A stretch of DNA of 64,000 bases, taken from Alphaproteobacteria bacterium (GTDB lineage Bacteria > Pseudomonadota > Alphaproteobacteria > UBA2966). The notes beneath the pieces are model-generated. The model saw only the letters and a list, made by a program, of their open reading frames with translations, was not told where the DNA came from and searched no databases. A program made the translations under genes and the position numbers. The stretch spans positions 1,536,001-1,600,000 of the forward strand of contig OZ219856.1 of NCBI GenBank assembly GCA_964291395.2, written 5' to 3'. Positions 1 through 9,698 of this stretch are shown piece after piece (position 1 is the first letter of the stretch; each line of letters opens with the position of its first letter).

Positions 1-445
1 CCACATATCCATTCATGCCGCCGCCGACGATGCCGGCCAGGAACCCCGTGAGGCGGTTCCGCGGGCCGGTATAGGTCCAGCCGAACAGCATCGATACGGC
101 GGCGAACAGCACGACGACGCCCATCACGCGGCGAATGACCTCGGGATCGCCGACGAGCAGGAAATAGGCACCGACGGGCGACGCGATGATCGCGGCGATC
201 AACAGCGGCCCCACCTCCCGCCATCGGATATGAGGCCGCACCGAAGGCAGCGTCTGCCAGGCCGCGAACAGGGGGATCGCGTTGGCGATGATGACGCCCT
301 CCGTGGGCCAGTAGATGATCGCCAGGAGAGGCGTCATGATCAGGCCGCCGCCAAACCCTGCAAACCCGTACATGAACCCGCCAGCGAGGGCGAGCAAGGC
401 GGCCAGCCCGAAGTCCACCGTCGAGAGAGGCGCGAGCAGCTCCAT
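1..445 (-). CDS. TauE/SafE (TSUP) family exporter, partial (runs off window start)
   Basis: Manual translation from ATG 445: MELLAPLSTVDFGLAALLALAGGFMYGFAGFGGGLIMTPLL..., with GFAGFG motif and WTYTGPR motif shared with neighbouring paralogs. Confidence 0.85.
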   Translation of the reverse strand, partial: MELLAPLSTVDFGLAALLALAGGFMYGFAGFGGGLIMTPLLAIIYWPTEGVIIANAIPLFAAWQTLPSVRPHIRWREVGPLLIAAIIASPVGAYFLLVGDPEVIRRVMGVVVLFAAVSMLFGWTYTGPRNRLTGFLAGIVGGGMNGYV

Positions 446-446
446 G

Positions 447-1202
447 TCAGGCAAGGATCGTCAACACGGCGACGACCATGACGAGGCCCAGGACGACCCG
501 GCGGAACCATTCCGCCGTCGATGCCTTGAAGAACCGCGCCCCCAGCCAGATGGTCGCGGCAAAGGGCAGGAACAGAACGGCGGCCCGGACGGCGAGCTCG
601 ATCGTGACGACGCCGGCAAACGTCAGGACGATCAGGTTGAACAGCGCCATCGAGCTGCCGACGACGATGATGTTGGCCCGTTGAACCGCGGGCGGCTGCC
701 GGGCCGAGATGAAATAGAGCGCGACGAGCAACCTCCCCAATCCGGTGGCGCCGGCGACCGCGCCGGAAAGCGCGCCGGCCACGACGTTGACGCCGAAACC
801 GCGCGGCCCGGTGTAGGTTACGCCGCGAAACGTCAGAATCGACAGGACCAGGACCACGATTCCGATGACTTGCCGCATGGCGTGCTGATCCATCGTCAGC
901 AATACGTAGCTGCCCAGGGGAACGGCCAGGATCGCGACCGCCGCCATCGGCAGGGTCTCGCGCCAGAGGGTATGTCGGGTGGCGGGCGGGAACAGCATCG
1001 ACGATCCGAGCGTTCCCATGATCATCAACAGCGCGACGGCTTCGCGCGGGCTGTAGATCAGAGACAGCAGCGCGACGAAAATCAGCCCCGTGCCGAACCC
1101 GGAGAAGCCCAACACGACTCCGCCGACAAGAACGACCCCGAGGGCAAGGGCGAGCCTGACGTCGAACGTGCCGTCGAGAAATGTCGGGTCGAGATCGATG
1201 AT
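447..1202 (-). CDS. TauE/SafE (TSUP) family exporter (start uncertain; track start 1115, frame open to ATC 1202)
   Basis: GFSGFGTGL and GATGLG motifs, QRANII motif, hydrophobic; paralog of flanking genes. Confidence 0.85.
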   Translation of the reverse strand: MIDLDPTFLDGTFDVRLALALGVVLVGGVVLGFSGFGTGLIFVALLSLIYSPREAVALLMIMGTLGSSMLFPPATRHTLWRETLPMAAVAILAVPLGSYVLLTMDQHAMRQVIGIVVLVLSILTFRGVTYTGPRGFGVNVVAGALSGAVAGATGLGRLLVALYFISARQPPAVQRANIIVVGSSMALFNLIVLTFAGVVTIELAVRAAVLFLPFAATIWLGARFFKASTAEWFRRVVLGLVMVVAVLTILA

Positions 1203-1209
1203 CCGGTCC

Positions 1210-1968
1210 TCAGGACACGAGGGTAGCGACGCCCAGTGCCATCACCAGCGTCAGCACGATCTTGCGGTAGAGCGCCCCCGGGGTGACATGGAAAAACCGC
1301 GCCCCGCACCAGGCGGTGATGCCGTACGGCACCATGAGGATCGCGATGCGCGCGGCGAGGTCGGCCACGTACACCCCGCTCAGGGCGAGGATGACCAGGT
1401 TCACGACGGCAACGCCGGTACCGACGACGATGATGTTGGCCCGCTGCATGACCGCGGGGTCGCGCGATGACACCATGTAGAGACCGACGATGAGACCACC
1501 CAGCCCGACCGTGCCGTTCGCCATACCGCTCACGGCGCCGGCGGCCGTGGCGGTCAGGGCGTTGCGAGGCCCGGTGTACGCCGCGCTACGGAACTGGATG
1601 GCCGCGAGAACGAGGACGACGATGCCGATGACGGGGCGCAGGACCGCGGGGTCCGTGGTCTGCAAGAGATAGCTGCCGAACGGCATGACCAGACAGGCGG
1701 TGGTCAGCATCGGTGCCGCCTCCCGCCAGCGGGTATGCGGCATCGCGCCGGGCATCAAAGCGAAGCCGGTGATCGTGACCAGCACCATCTGGATGGCCAC
1801 GGCATGTGTCGGGCTGTAGATCAGCGTCAGCAGCGGCATCAGGACGAGACCCGATCCGAAACCGCCGAAGCCCATGATGACGCCGCCGGCGAACACCGTC
1901 GCCAGCGCGTAGGCAAATTCCCGATCGAACAAACTCAGGAACCAGGCGAGATCCGGGCCGATGGCCAT
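1210..1968 (-). CDS. TauE/SafE (TSUP) family exporter
   Basis: 252 aa, GFGGFGSGL, NGTVGLGG and QRANII motifs. Confidence 0.9.
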   Translation of the reverse strand: MAIGPDLAWFLSLFDREFAYALATVFAGGVIMGFGGFGSGLVLMPLLTLIYSPTHAVAIQMVLVTITGFALMPGAMPHTRWREAAPMLTTACLVMPFGSYLLQTTDPAVLRPVIGIVVLVLAAIQFRSAAYTGPRNALTATAAGAVSGMANGTVGLGGLIVGLYMVSSRDPAVMQRANIIVVGTGVAVVNLVILALSGVYVADLAARIAILMVPYGITAWCGARFFHVTPGALYRKIVLTLVMALGVATLVS

Positions 1969-1971
1969 TCC

Positions 1972-2108
1972 TCAGACAACAAGCGTGATGACGCCGAGCG
2001 TCGCGATGAACGTCGGTACAATGCGCCGGAATACGAGTCCAGGCTCGATCCTGAACACGCGTATGTCGCACCATGCCGTCACCCCGAACGCGACCATGAG
2101 TATGGGCG
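1972..2108 (-). pseudogene. C-terminal remnant of another TauE paralog
   Basis: ILMVAFGVTAWCDIRVFRIEPGLVFRRIVPTFIATLGVITLVV* aligns with ILMVPYGITAWCGARFFHVTPGALYRKIVLTLVMALGVATLVS* of 1210..1968. Confidence 0.75.
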
Positions 2109-3395
2109 CTATTTGGCGAAACCGAACAGTCTCGGGGCCGTCATCGCCACGTCCGGCACGTAGGTGACCAGGAAGAGCACGACGATCTCGACGGCGACGA
2201 ACGGCAAAATCGCCTTCATGACCCGCTCCACGGGGATGGCGCCGACGCTGGCGCCGACGAACAGGCACATGCCGAAGGGCGGCGTCGCCAACCCGATGAT
2301 TACGTTGAGCACGAAGACGATGCCGAAATGGAGCGGATCGATGCCCACCGCCACGGCGATGGGCGCCAGGATGGGCGCGAAGATCAGGATGATCACCGCG
2401 GCATCCAGCACGCTGCCGAGCAGCAACAGGAAGACGTTGATCAGGAGCAGGACGATCAGGGGATTGGTCGTCATGCTGGTGACGATGTTCGCGATCAGCT
2501 GCGGGATCTGGTCCATGGCCACGAGCCAGGCCAGGGGACCGGAGACGGCGACGATGAAGAGCACCGAGGCCGCCAGCACCATGCTCTCCTGAAAGGCCTG
2601 GAGGATGTTCCTGAGATCCAGGGTCCTGTAGAAGAGCACGCCGACGAGCAGGGAGTAGGTCACGGCGACTGCCGCGGCCTCCGTGGGCGTGAAAACGCCC
2701 CCGAAAATCCCGCCGAGAATGATGACCGGGGTCATCAGCGCGGGAATGGAGCGCAGCAGGATGCGGACCAGTTCCGGCCCCGTGTAGGTCACGCGGGTAA
2801 CGCCGAAGTCCCGCTTCCTGCTGATCGAGTAGGCGACGATCATCAGGCCCAGTCCGAGCAGGATGCCGGGGATCATGCCGCCGGCGAACAGGCCGCCGAT
2901 CGAGACCGAGACCACGGTGCCGTAGATGACCATGCCGATGCTCGGCGGGATGATCGGCCCGATCACCGAGGAGGCGGAGGTGACCGCCACGGCGAAGTCG
3001 GCGTCGTAGCCGTTGCGCCGCATGGACGGGATCAGAATCGATCCGAGCGCCGCGGTGTCGGAGACGGCCGACCCGGTAATGCCGGCAAAGAACATGCTGG
3101 CGACGATGTTGACGTGCGCCAGGCCGCCGCGCAGCCGGCCGACGAGCACGTTGCAGAGCGTGATGATGTCGTCGATGATGCCGGCCCGCAGCATCAGGTC
3201 GCCCGCGAGCATGAACAGCGGAATCGCGAGCAGGACGAAGTTGTCGACGGCCTGATAGAGCTGCTGGTAGATCAGGGTCATCGGCACCCGGGCCCAGATC
3301 ATGGCCGTGAACAGCGTCGTGAGGCCAAGCGCAAAGGCGATGGGCACGCCCATGATCAGGAAGAAGACTCCGAAGCCGGCGATATAGAGGCCCAT
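2109..3395 (-). CDS. dctM: TRAP transporter large permease
   Basis: 428 aa; LAIPLFMLAG, GGLAHVNI, IGPIIPPSI and FTPTEAAAV motifs. Confidence 0.95.
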   Translation of the reverse strand: MGLYIAGFGVFFLIMGVPIAFALGLTTLFTAMIWARVPMTLIYQQLYQAVDNFVLLAIPLFMLAGDLMLRAGIIDDIITLCNVLVGRLRGGLAHVNIVASMFFAGITGSAVSDTAALGSILIPSMRRNGYDADFAVAVTSASSVIGPIIPPSIGMVIYGTVVSVSIGGLFAGGMIPGILLGLGLMIVAYSISRKRDFGVTRVTYTGPELVRILLRSIPALMTPVIILGGIFGGVFTPTEAAAVAVTYSLLVGVLFYRTLDLRNILQAFQESMVLAASVLFIVAVSGPLAWLVAMDQIPQLIANIVTSMTTNPLIVLLLINVFLLLLGSVLDAAVIILIFAPILAPIAVAVGIDPLHFGIVFVLNVIIGLATPPFGMCLFVGASVGAIPVERVMKAILPFVAVEIVVLFLVTYVPDVAMTAPRLFGFAK

Positions 3396-3419
3396 TTTCG
3401 TGTCCGACCCGCCGCCCCG

Positions 3420-3949
3420 TCACATCCCGGACTGCCGGTCTCCGGCCGTTCCGGAGGCGCCGAAGACGTCCTCGAGCGTCCCGTGCACGAGGTGAACGAC
3501 CATGATCACGCCGCCCACGAAGGGCCCCAACGCAGGCCAGAAATGGGAAATGCCGGTCCCCGCGCCCGAAAACTTGGCGGCCGCTTCCATCGTCACGACG
3601 CCGTAGCGCAGGAACCATACGAGGAAGAACAGAATCGAAAGCTTGATCGCGATGTCGGCGAATCGCCTCAGCGCGGGCGGATAGGTGTTGACCAGGAACT
3701 CGAACGCGATCAGGGCTTTCCTCTTCAATCCCACGCTGGCGCCCAGGAAGGCGACCCAGACCATCAGCCACCTCGCCACCTCTTCCGGCCAGAGCAGCGA
3801 TGCCTGGGTGACGTAGCGGGAAAAATCGCGACGTCGATCGAAACCAGGATGCCGATGCCGAACAGGATGCAGACCGCCGCCGCCAGACGATCCAGCCAGT
3901 AGCTGACGGTGCCGGTAAAATTCAGGATCGTGCGGGCGATCTCATGCAA
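3420..3949 (-). pseudogene. dctQ: TRAP small permease, frameshifted at A5 run 3821-3825 (real or sequencing error)
   Basis: Adding one base joins ...IDVAIF to SRYVTQASLLWPEEVARWLMVWVAFLGA, the DctQ RY..W.EE..R motif. Confidence 0.8.
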
Positions 3950-3989
3950 ACCTGACCACCTGGCATTGACCGCAAGAGAAGCGGGGAAC

Positions 3990-4071
3990 GGCCCATAACA
4001 TCCGAGATGTTACAGGCCGCTTTCCCGTTCGATCAAAAGCCTCGAAGGTCGGGCGCCATGCCCGAGAGGCT
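3990..4071. terminator. Two stem-loops between dctP and dctQ (possible transcript-stabilising or attenuating structures)
   Basis: TAACATC-cga-GATGTTA and TCGGGC-gccat-GCCCGA with outer AGCCTC/GAGGCT. Confidence 0.45.
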
Positions 4072-4079
4072 TCGAAGGA

Positions 4080-5093
4080 CTACTCGCGCAACGCGTTGAT
4101 CTCGTCGATCAAGGATTGCGGAATGATCTTGCCCGCTCCGACGTATTCGTCCCAGACCATCTGACTGGCGGCATCCCAGAGCTTCTGCTCCTCGGCGGTG
4201 GGACGGACCAGCTCAACGCCGGCAGCCTCGATGGCGTCGATCGAGGCCTGATTGTCCGCCTCCAGACCCTGGTCGGTCCACAACTCCGTGTCCCAGCCGG
4301 CCTGGATCACCAGCTCGGTCAGTTCCGGCCCCAGCTTCGCCTCCGCCGACGGGCCCATCATCTTGATCGCGGTGACGTACGACTGCCCCACGAAGGTGTA
4401 ATACTTGATGATTTCCTCGAACTTGGGTTTGACCGTGAAAATCGGCTGATTGTACATGCCGTCGACGACGCCCTGCTGAAGCGCCGTATAGACCTCCGAA
4501 AAGGCGATGGGGATGGCACCGGCGCCCCAGGTCTTGTACAGGGAGACCTCGATCGGCGAGCCCGTCGTGCGCATTTTCAGGCCCTTCATGTCGCTGGGCA
4601 CGCGAACCGGCTTCTTAGTATTGCCGATCTCGCGCGGCCAGCCGCCGTCAATGTTGAACCAGATGACGGTGAGGCCGGTCTCCTTCTTGATCTGATCGAC
4701 GACCCGGTAGCGGACGGGGCTCTGCCACACCCGGCGCATGTGCTTCCAATCCTGGAACAGCCCGGGAAGGTCGCAGAACAACAAGGCATTCGAGACCTCA
4801 CCGAAGTTGCCGGCGCTCGAATGCGCGATGTCGATGCTTCCCGCCAGCGCGGCCTGGGTCAGCTTCTTGTCCGAGCCCAACTGGCTGCTGTGGAAGTACT
4901 GGACTTGACCGATCTTGCCGCCACTTCGCTGTTTCAGGAGCTGCTCGAAGTGGAAGACGCCCTTGTACTCGACCTGTCCCGGCGAGGACGTGTCGCCGAA
5001 GGTCAAGACGATCGGGTCCGCCGCTTGCGCGGTGGCGTGGAACAAAGGTGCAAGTAATAAACCAACGAAAGCGGAGGCCAATAAATTTCTCAT
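4080..5093 (-). CDS. dctP: TRAP substrate-binding protein
   Basis: Signal peptide; DMKGLKMRT and FSEVYTALQQGVVDG motifs. Confidence 0.95.
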   Translation of the reverse strand: MRNLLASAFVGLLLAPLFHATAQAADPIVLTFGDTSSPGQVEYKGVFHFEQLLKQRSGGKIGQVQYFHSSQLGSDKKLTQAALAGSIDIAHSSAGNFGEVSNALLFCDLPGLFQDWKHMRRVWQSPVRYRVVDQIKKETGLTVIWFNIDGGWPREIGNTKKPVRVPSDMKGLKMRTTGSPIEVSLYKTWGAGAIPIAFSEVYTALQQGVVDGMYNQPIFTVKPKFEEIIKYYTFVGQSYVTAIKMMGPSAEAKLGPELTELVIQAGWDTELWTDQGLEADNQASIDAIEAAGVELVRPTAEEQKLWDAASQMVWDEYVGAGKIIPQSLIDEINALRE

Positions 5094-5189
5094 GGTAACT
5101 CTCCCTTTCTAGTGTGGTGTCGAAATCTTTGCACACTTCCCCACATGGTTTGTAGTGTTTCATGTGCCGCTGGTGGAGGAGCTCGAGAA

Positions 5190-6110
5190 ATGTCTTTTGA
5201 ACGCGTCGCGGTGACGGGGGGCGCGGGACGGCTCGGCACGCATATCACGGACGCGGTGCCCGCTGGCCGGGCGGTGACCGTCATCGACATCGCCCCGCCG
5301 CCGCGGCCGGACGCCGATTTCGTCGAGGCGGACATTTCGGACCGGGAGGCCCTGACGAAGGCCTTCGCCGGCCACGACGCCGTCATGCACCTGGCGGCTG
5401 TCCCCAACCTGTTCGCGGCGGCGCCGGACGTCATCATGCAGGTCAACGTGCAGGGCACCTGGAACGTGCTTCAGGCCGCAGAGTCGGCGGGCGTCAGGCG
5501 GGTGGTCCTGTGTTCCAGCGATTCCGCGACCGGGTACACCCTCCTCAAGGAGCACATGACGCTGCCCCGGTACCTGCCGCTCGACGAGGCCCACGTCCTA
5601 CGGCCGTCGGACGCCTACGGCCTCAGCAAGCTGCTCGGCGAGGAGGTCGGCAAGAGCTTCGCGCGGCGCGGCAGGCTCGAGGTCGTGGCGCTGAGGCCGC
5701 CGTTCATCCTGTTCGAGGACTTCCACGCCGAAGTCGCGGCGCGGGTGACGGACCCGGAGAACTACGACGGGCCGGTGGCCGGCGCTCCGCGCGCCGCGGG
5801 GGGCGGCCCATGGTTCCACTACGTCGACCCCGAGGACGCCGCGCGGGCGTTCTGGCTAGCCCTGGAACCGGCGGACGTTTCGTTCGACGTGTTCTTCGTC
5901 AGCGCAACGAAGACCTACGCGCCGGCACCGACGCTCCAGATCGTCGAGCGCTTCTTCGGCGAACTGCCGGACGTGATCAAGCCGGAGGTTTATCGTGACA
6001 ACCCCTTCGCGGCGTTGTTCGATCTCGACCGAGCGCGGGACATCCTCGGCTTCGAGGCCCAGGGGACCACCGGCCGCCGACTCGCCGATGAAGCGCTCGG
6101 GTCTCGCTAA
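5190..6110 (+). CDS. NAD-dependent epimerase/dehydratase (extended SDR)
   Basis: TGGAGRLG, HLAA and YGLSK motifs; GGAGGA RBS before ATG 5190. Confidence 0.9.
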   Translation: MSFERVAVTGGAGRLGTHITDAVPAGRAVTVIDIAPPPRPDADFVEADISDREALTKAFAGHDAVMHLAAVPNLFAAAPDVIMQVNVQGTWNVLQAAESAGVRRVVLCSSDSATGYTLLKEHMTLPRYLPLDEAHVLRPSDAYGLSKLLGEEVGKSFARRGRLEVVALRPPFILFEDFHAEVAARVTDPENYDGPVAGAPRAAGGGPWFHYVDPEDAARAFWLALEPADVSFDVFFVSATKTYAPAPTLQIVERFFGELPDVIKPEVYRDNPFAALFDLDRARDILGFEAQGTTGRRLADEALGSR

Positions 6111-6211
6111 TTCGGCTGGCGCCCGTCGCCGGCGTCTGGCCACGGCGGGGTGGACCCCGTAACCTCATCGTGCCGGCCGCGGCGCGCATGCAACATTCGG
6201 GGAGGGCCGTG

Positions 6212-6514
6212 ATGGCGGATTTCATCATTCGGGCGGATCACTACATCAAGGAGGGCATGCTGGACGACTGGCTCGCGCTGGCCGAGGTGGACGCACGCGA
6301 GGCGGTAAAGGAGCCGGGCTGCAAGCGCTTCGACGTCCTGATCGAACGGGGGTCGACGACCCACGCCATGCTGGTCGAGGTCTACGACAGCGAAGCCGAC
6401 TGGCACGCCCACATGGAGCAACCCTACGTGAAGGCATTCATGGAGGGCGCCGCCGACATGCTCACCGACAAGGTGCGTGTCGAGTTCGACATGCTGTACG
6501 AAGGCGGCACGTAA
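6212..6514 (+). CDS. ABM-domain (LsrG/quinol monooxygenase-like) protein
   Basis: EPGCKRFDV...EVYDSEADWHAH motif. Confidence 0.85.
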   Translation: MADFIIRADHYIKEGMLDDWLALAEVDAREAVKEPGCKRFDVLIERGSTTHAMLVEVYDSEADWHAHMEQPYVKAFMEGAADMLTDKVRVEFDMLYEGGT

Positions 6515-6572
6515 GTTTCAATTCGGGCTTGAACCGCCACAGCCCTTTCCGGGTCCCGAGTGACGGAAAACC

Positions 6573-7664
6573 CTACGTAACCGTCACCACTTTCCTCTCG
6601 CCGGCGGAGCGGTAAAGGCAATCGAGCACGTTCAAGAGGGCGACATGATCGGCGCCGTCGATGTCGCTGGCACGACCCTCGCGCAGCGCGGTCAGGGCTT
6701 CCTCCATCGGACCGCCGAAGGCGTCCGGGAACCAGGGCATCTCGCTCGTGTACGTCCGCGTCTCCCCGCCGGCCGCGATCGTCAGTTCGTGGGGAGTCGC
6801 GAAGGCCGTTCCCCTGGTGCCGGAGACGATGAAGTGCTCGCCGCTGGGGTGCAGGTGCCAGGCGTCTTTCACGCGGCAGGTCCAGTCCTCCACGACGTTG
6901 GCCACGAGGCTCTCGCCGAAGCCCATGGTCATGACGGCGAAGTTGTCGGCTTTGACGACGAACCCCGGAACGTGGCGATACACCGCGAACACCCAATCGG
7001 GCAGTCCGAACATCCAGATCAGCAGATCGACATGGTGGATGGCCATCTCATAGCCGATCAGCCGGTCCATATGAGAACGCCAGTCGTCCGGGGTCTTCGG
7101 GTTGAGCCCGCGGTTCAGAACCTCCACGACCTGAACGTCGCCGAGCGTGCCGGAGCGGACCGCGTCCCGCAGCTCCCTGAAGGTGGGAACCCAACGCCCG
7201 TTCATCTGCATGAGCAAGCGCACATCCAGGTCGCGCGCCCGGGCAACCAGGCCCCGCGCGGCAACCGAGTCCTCGGCCAGCGGTTTCTGTACCAGCAGGT
7301 GGGGACAGTCCTTGCCGAGGTCGTCGAAGAGCCCGTTGAGAAACGCCGTGTGCACGGGCGATGGCACCGCCACATCCACGAGGTCCGGATTCGCGTCCCG
7401 AAGCGCGGTCAGAAACGCCTCACGGTCGTGGATGGCCCGGGTCGTTCCGCCCGTCCTCTCCACGGCCGCGGCCGCCAGCCGGAGGCGCTCCGGATCGGGA
7501 TCGAAGATCAAGCCGATATCGACGCCGAGGCGCCGGTAGGACGGAATATGCGCGTCCACGACGATGCGGGCGCCGGCGCCGGCGATCGCGATGCGCCCCC
7601 TGCCCTGCCCCCAGCCCACGGACGGCTGCAGCTCGATGGCGTTCGCCCGCGCGCGCTTCGTCAA
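6573..7664 (-). CDS. Gfo/Idh/MocA family oxidoreductase
   Basis: IAGAG Rossmann motif, QKPLA, MNGRW and EMAIHHVD; TTG start overlaps the upstream stop (the 706 aa track ORF is over-extended). Confidence 0.85.
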   Translation of the reverse strand: MTKRARANAIELQPSVGWGQGRGRIAIAGAGARIVVDAHIPSYRRLGVDIGLIFDPDPERLRLAAAAVERTGGTTRAIHDREAFLTALRDANPDLVDVAVPSPVHTAFLNGLFDDLGKDCPHLLVQKPLAEDSVAARGLVARARDLDVRLLMQMNGRWVPTFRELRDAVRSGTLGDVQVVEVLNRGLNPKTPDDWRSHMDRLIGYEMAIHHVDLLIWMFGLPDWVFAVYRHVPGFVVKADNFAVMTMGFGESLVANVVEDWTCRVKDAWHLHPSGEHFIVSGTRGTAFATPHELTIAAGGETRTYTSEMPWFPDAFGGPMEEALTALREGRASDIDGADHVALLNVLDCLYRSAGERKVVTVT

Positions 7665-8623
7665 TCGTCCCTCACGAGCGGCAGCAACTCCGCCGCGTGC
7701 CGTTCCATCCTGTCGAGAGTCTCCTCGAGAGTCGGACTGAAAAACCTGAAGAACAGCACGCTGCCTCCGAGCTCGCGGAAAAACTCGATGTCGCCCGCCA
7801 TGTCGTCCACCGAGCCCGAGAACAGGTGGCGGCTGCCGTCGGCCGCCTTGAGGTCCTCGCCGAGACCGTGCCACTGGGCCCAGAACCCGAGCCGGATGCT
7901 GGCCGGGTCCCGTCCTCTCTCTGCCGCCATCGCGTGGAGGCGTTCGACGTTGGCCCGATAGAGCGCCCGCGTGTCCATGCGGTTGCGCGGGTTGGTGCCC
8001 ATGGGAAGCCAGCCGTCGCCAAGCTCGACGACGCGCCGAATGGCCGGCGCGCTTTCGCCGCCGATGAAGATCGGCGGATGCGGCTTCTGCACGGGCTTGG
8101 GCTCGAAGATGACGTCCGAGAAGTTCGCGTAGGCGCCGGTCAGCGACGGACTGTCGCTGGTCCACAACTCCTTGAAGGCGCGGAGATACGCGTCCGTGAC
8201 CCTGCCCCGTTCGGCGAAGGGCGGCGCCGCCAGCGCCTCGAATTCTTCCTCCAGCCAACCCACGCCGCAGCCGAGGGTAATCCGCCCGCCCGAAAGAACA
8301 TCCATCGTCGCCAGCATCTTCGCCACCATCACCGGCGGGCGATAGGGCACCACCATCACGGCGGGGATCAGCCTGGGCCTGGTGGTTACGGCCGCCACGA
8401 ACGTCATGACCGTCAAGGAATCCAGAAAGAAGCCCTTTTCCAGAGCGGGCAACCGGCCCGTCTCGCTGGTTGGATGCCGCGACGCGTAGGTCCGCGGCGC
8501 GACGACGTGCTCGGGGAACGCCATGCAGTCGAAGCCGAGCTCTTCGCCGCGAACGGCGACGGTCCGCATGCTCTCGGGATCCGAGATCGGGCTCTGCGTG
8601 TGGAAACCGAAGCCGAATTCCAT
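7661..8623 (-). CDS. LLM-class (F420/flavin-dependent) oxidoreductase
   Basis: EELGFDC..PEHVV, LSGGRITLGCGVGW and PKPVQKPHPPIFIGG motifs. Confidence 0.9.
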   Translation of the reverse strand: MEFGFGFHTQSPISDPESMRTVAVRGEELGFDCMAFPEHVVAPRTYASRHPTSETGRLPALEKGFFLDSLTVMTFVAAVTTRPRLIPAVMVVPYRPPVMVAKMLATMDVLSGGRITLGCGVGWLEEEFEALAAPPFAERGRVTDAYLRAFKELWTSDSPSLTGAYANFSDVIFEPKPVQKPHPPIFIGGESAPAIRRVVELGDGWLPMGTNPRNRMDTRALYRANVERLHAMAAERGRDPASIRLGFWAQWHGLGEDLKAADGSRHLFSGSVDDMAGDIEFFRELGGSVLFFRFFSPTLEETLDRMERHAAELLPLVRDD

Positions 8624-8753
8624 GGAGATTTTCCCACGGGGCAGGACGGCGTGCGCGACCAAGAGCTTTTACGGTTCGTCCGTGGCGAGTCAAATGGCCG
8701 GCGGGTCGGTCCCAGGTCTTTCGGCCGCCGGCGCCGAATATCCCGACTGAACG

Positions 8754-9494
8754 CTATACGAACGCGACGGTAAGTCCGATCACCACCAGCAGCCACAGGG
8801 CCATCAGGCGATAAATCCGATCGGTCGCCCTGCTGAACAGCCGACCGCCTAGGATGATCGCGATCACGAACGGCACCAACAGTACCGCAGACCTCAGGAG
8901 CACGTCGCCGGATATGACGCCCGCAGCCGCCATGGGTATGACCGCCAAGATCGCCTGCACCGTGGACGCGACGGCGATGTTCGCTCGTTTCACGACGGCA
9001 GGCTCATCGGAGGAGATCAGGTAGAGGGTGACCGGAGGTCCGCCGACGCCACCCGCGCCGTTGGCGAAGCCCGACACGACTCCCGCCGCAAAACTTATCC
9101 TGGCGTTCCGCCGGCCGGTGTAGGACCAGCCCCTCAGCATGACCAAAGCCGACACCAGGACGAAACCGCCGATGAACCGGCGCATGACGTCCGGGTCGCC
9201 GGTCACCAACAGATAGGTGCCTACCGGTGTCGCAAAAACGCAGGCGATGGCGATCGGCACGAGGTCCCGCTTGGTGGCATAGGGCAGGACGCCGGGAACC
9301 ATCTGCGCGCCGCCGACCAGCACGGTCAACATCATGATGACCACGGCGTCCACAGGTCCATAGACCAGCGCCAGCAGCGGTGTCATAACCAATCCGGCAC
9401 CGAAGCCCGAAAAGCCCCGCACGGTGCCGGCGAGGATTGCCGCCGCCACGGCAAACGCGAACTGCTCCGTCCAGATGAAATCTAGATACGCCAC
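8754..9494 (-). CDS. TauE/SafE (TSUP) family exporter
   Basis: RGFSGFGAGL and GVGGPPV motifs. Confidence 0.9.
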   Translation of the reverse strand: MAYLDFIWTEQFAFAVAAAILAGTVRGFSGFGAGLVMTPLLALVYGPVDAVVIMMLTVLVGGAQMVPGVLPYATKRDLVPIAIACVFATPVGTYLLVTGDPDVMRRFIGGFVLVSALVMLRGWSYTGRRNARISFAAGVVSGFANGAGGVGGPPVTLYLISSDEPAVVKRANIAVASTVQAILAVIPMAAAGVISGDVLLRSAVLLVPFVIAIILGGRLFSRATDRIYRLMALWLLVVIGLTVAFV

Positions 9495-9698
9495 ATCCTG
9501 TCCCGTCCGGTCGGGCCTGCCACGGCCGCGCTTCCGATTGGGGTTTGCCGGTTCGGACTCGGAGAGTCGGAGCCAAACGCATTCGGTGTGCCGTGCATCT
9601 TGCGTGATATGCGCGACCGGAAAATGATGGTCAACCGCTCACCCGGACCGTGAGCCCGCATCGCTCGCAATTACCTTGCATGAGAGGAGTTGAACCTC

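Noticed and set aside
6573-8693. 706 aa ORF suggesting an LLM-Gfo/Idh/MocA fusion
   Set aside because: The N-terminal half is an off-frame overlap of the LLM gene; the real gene starts near TTG 7664
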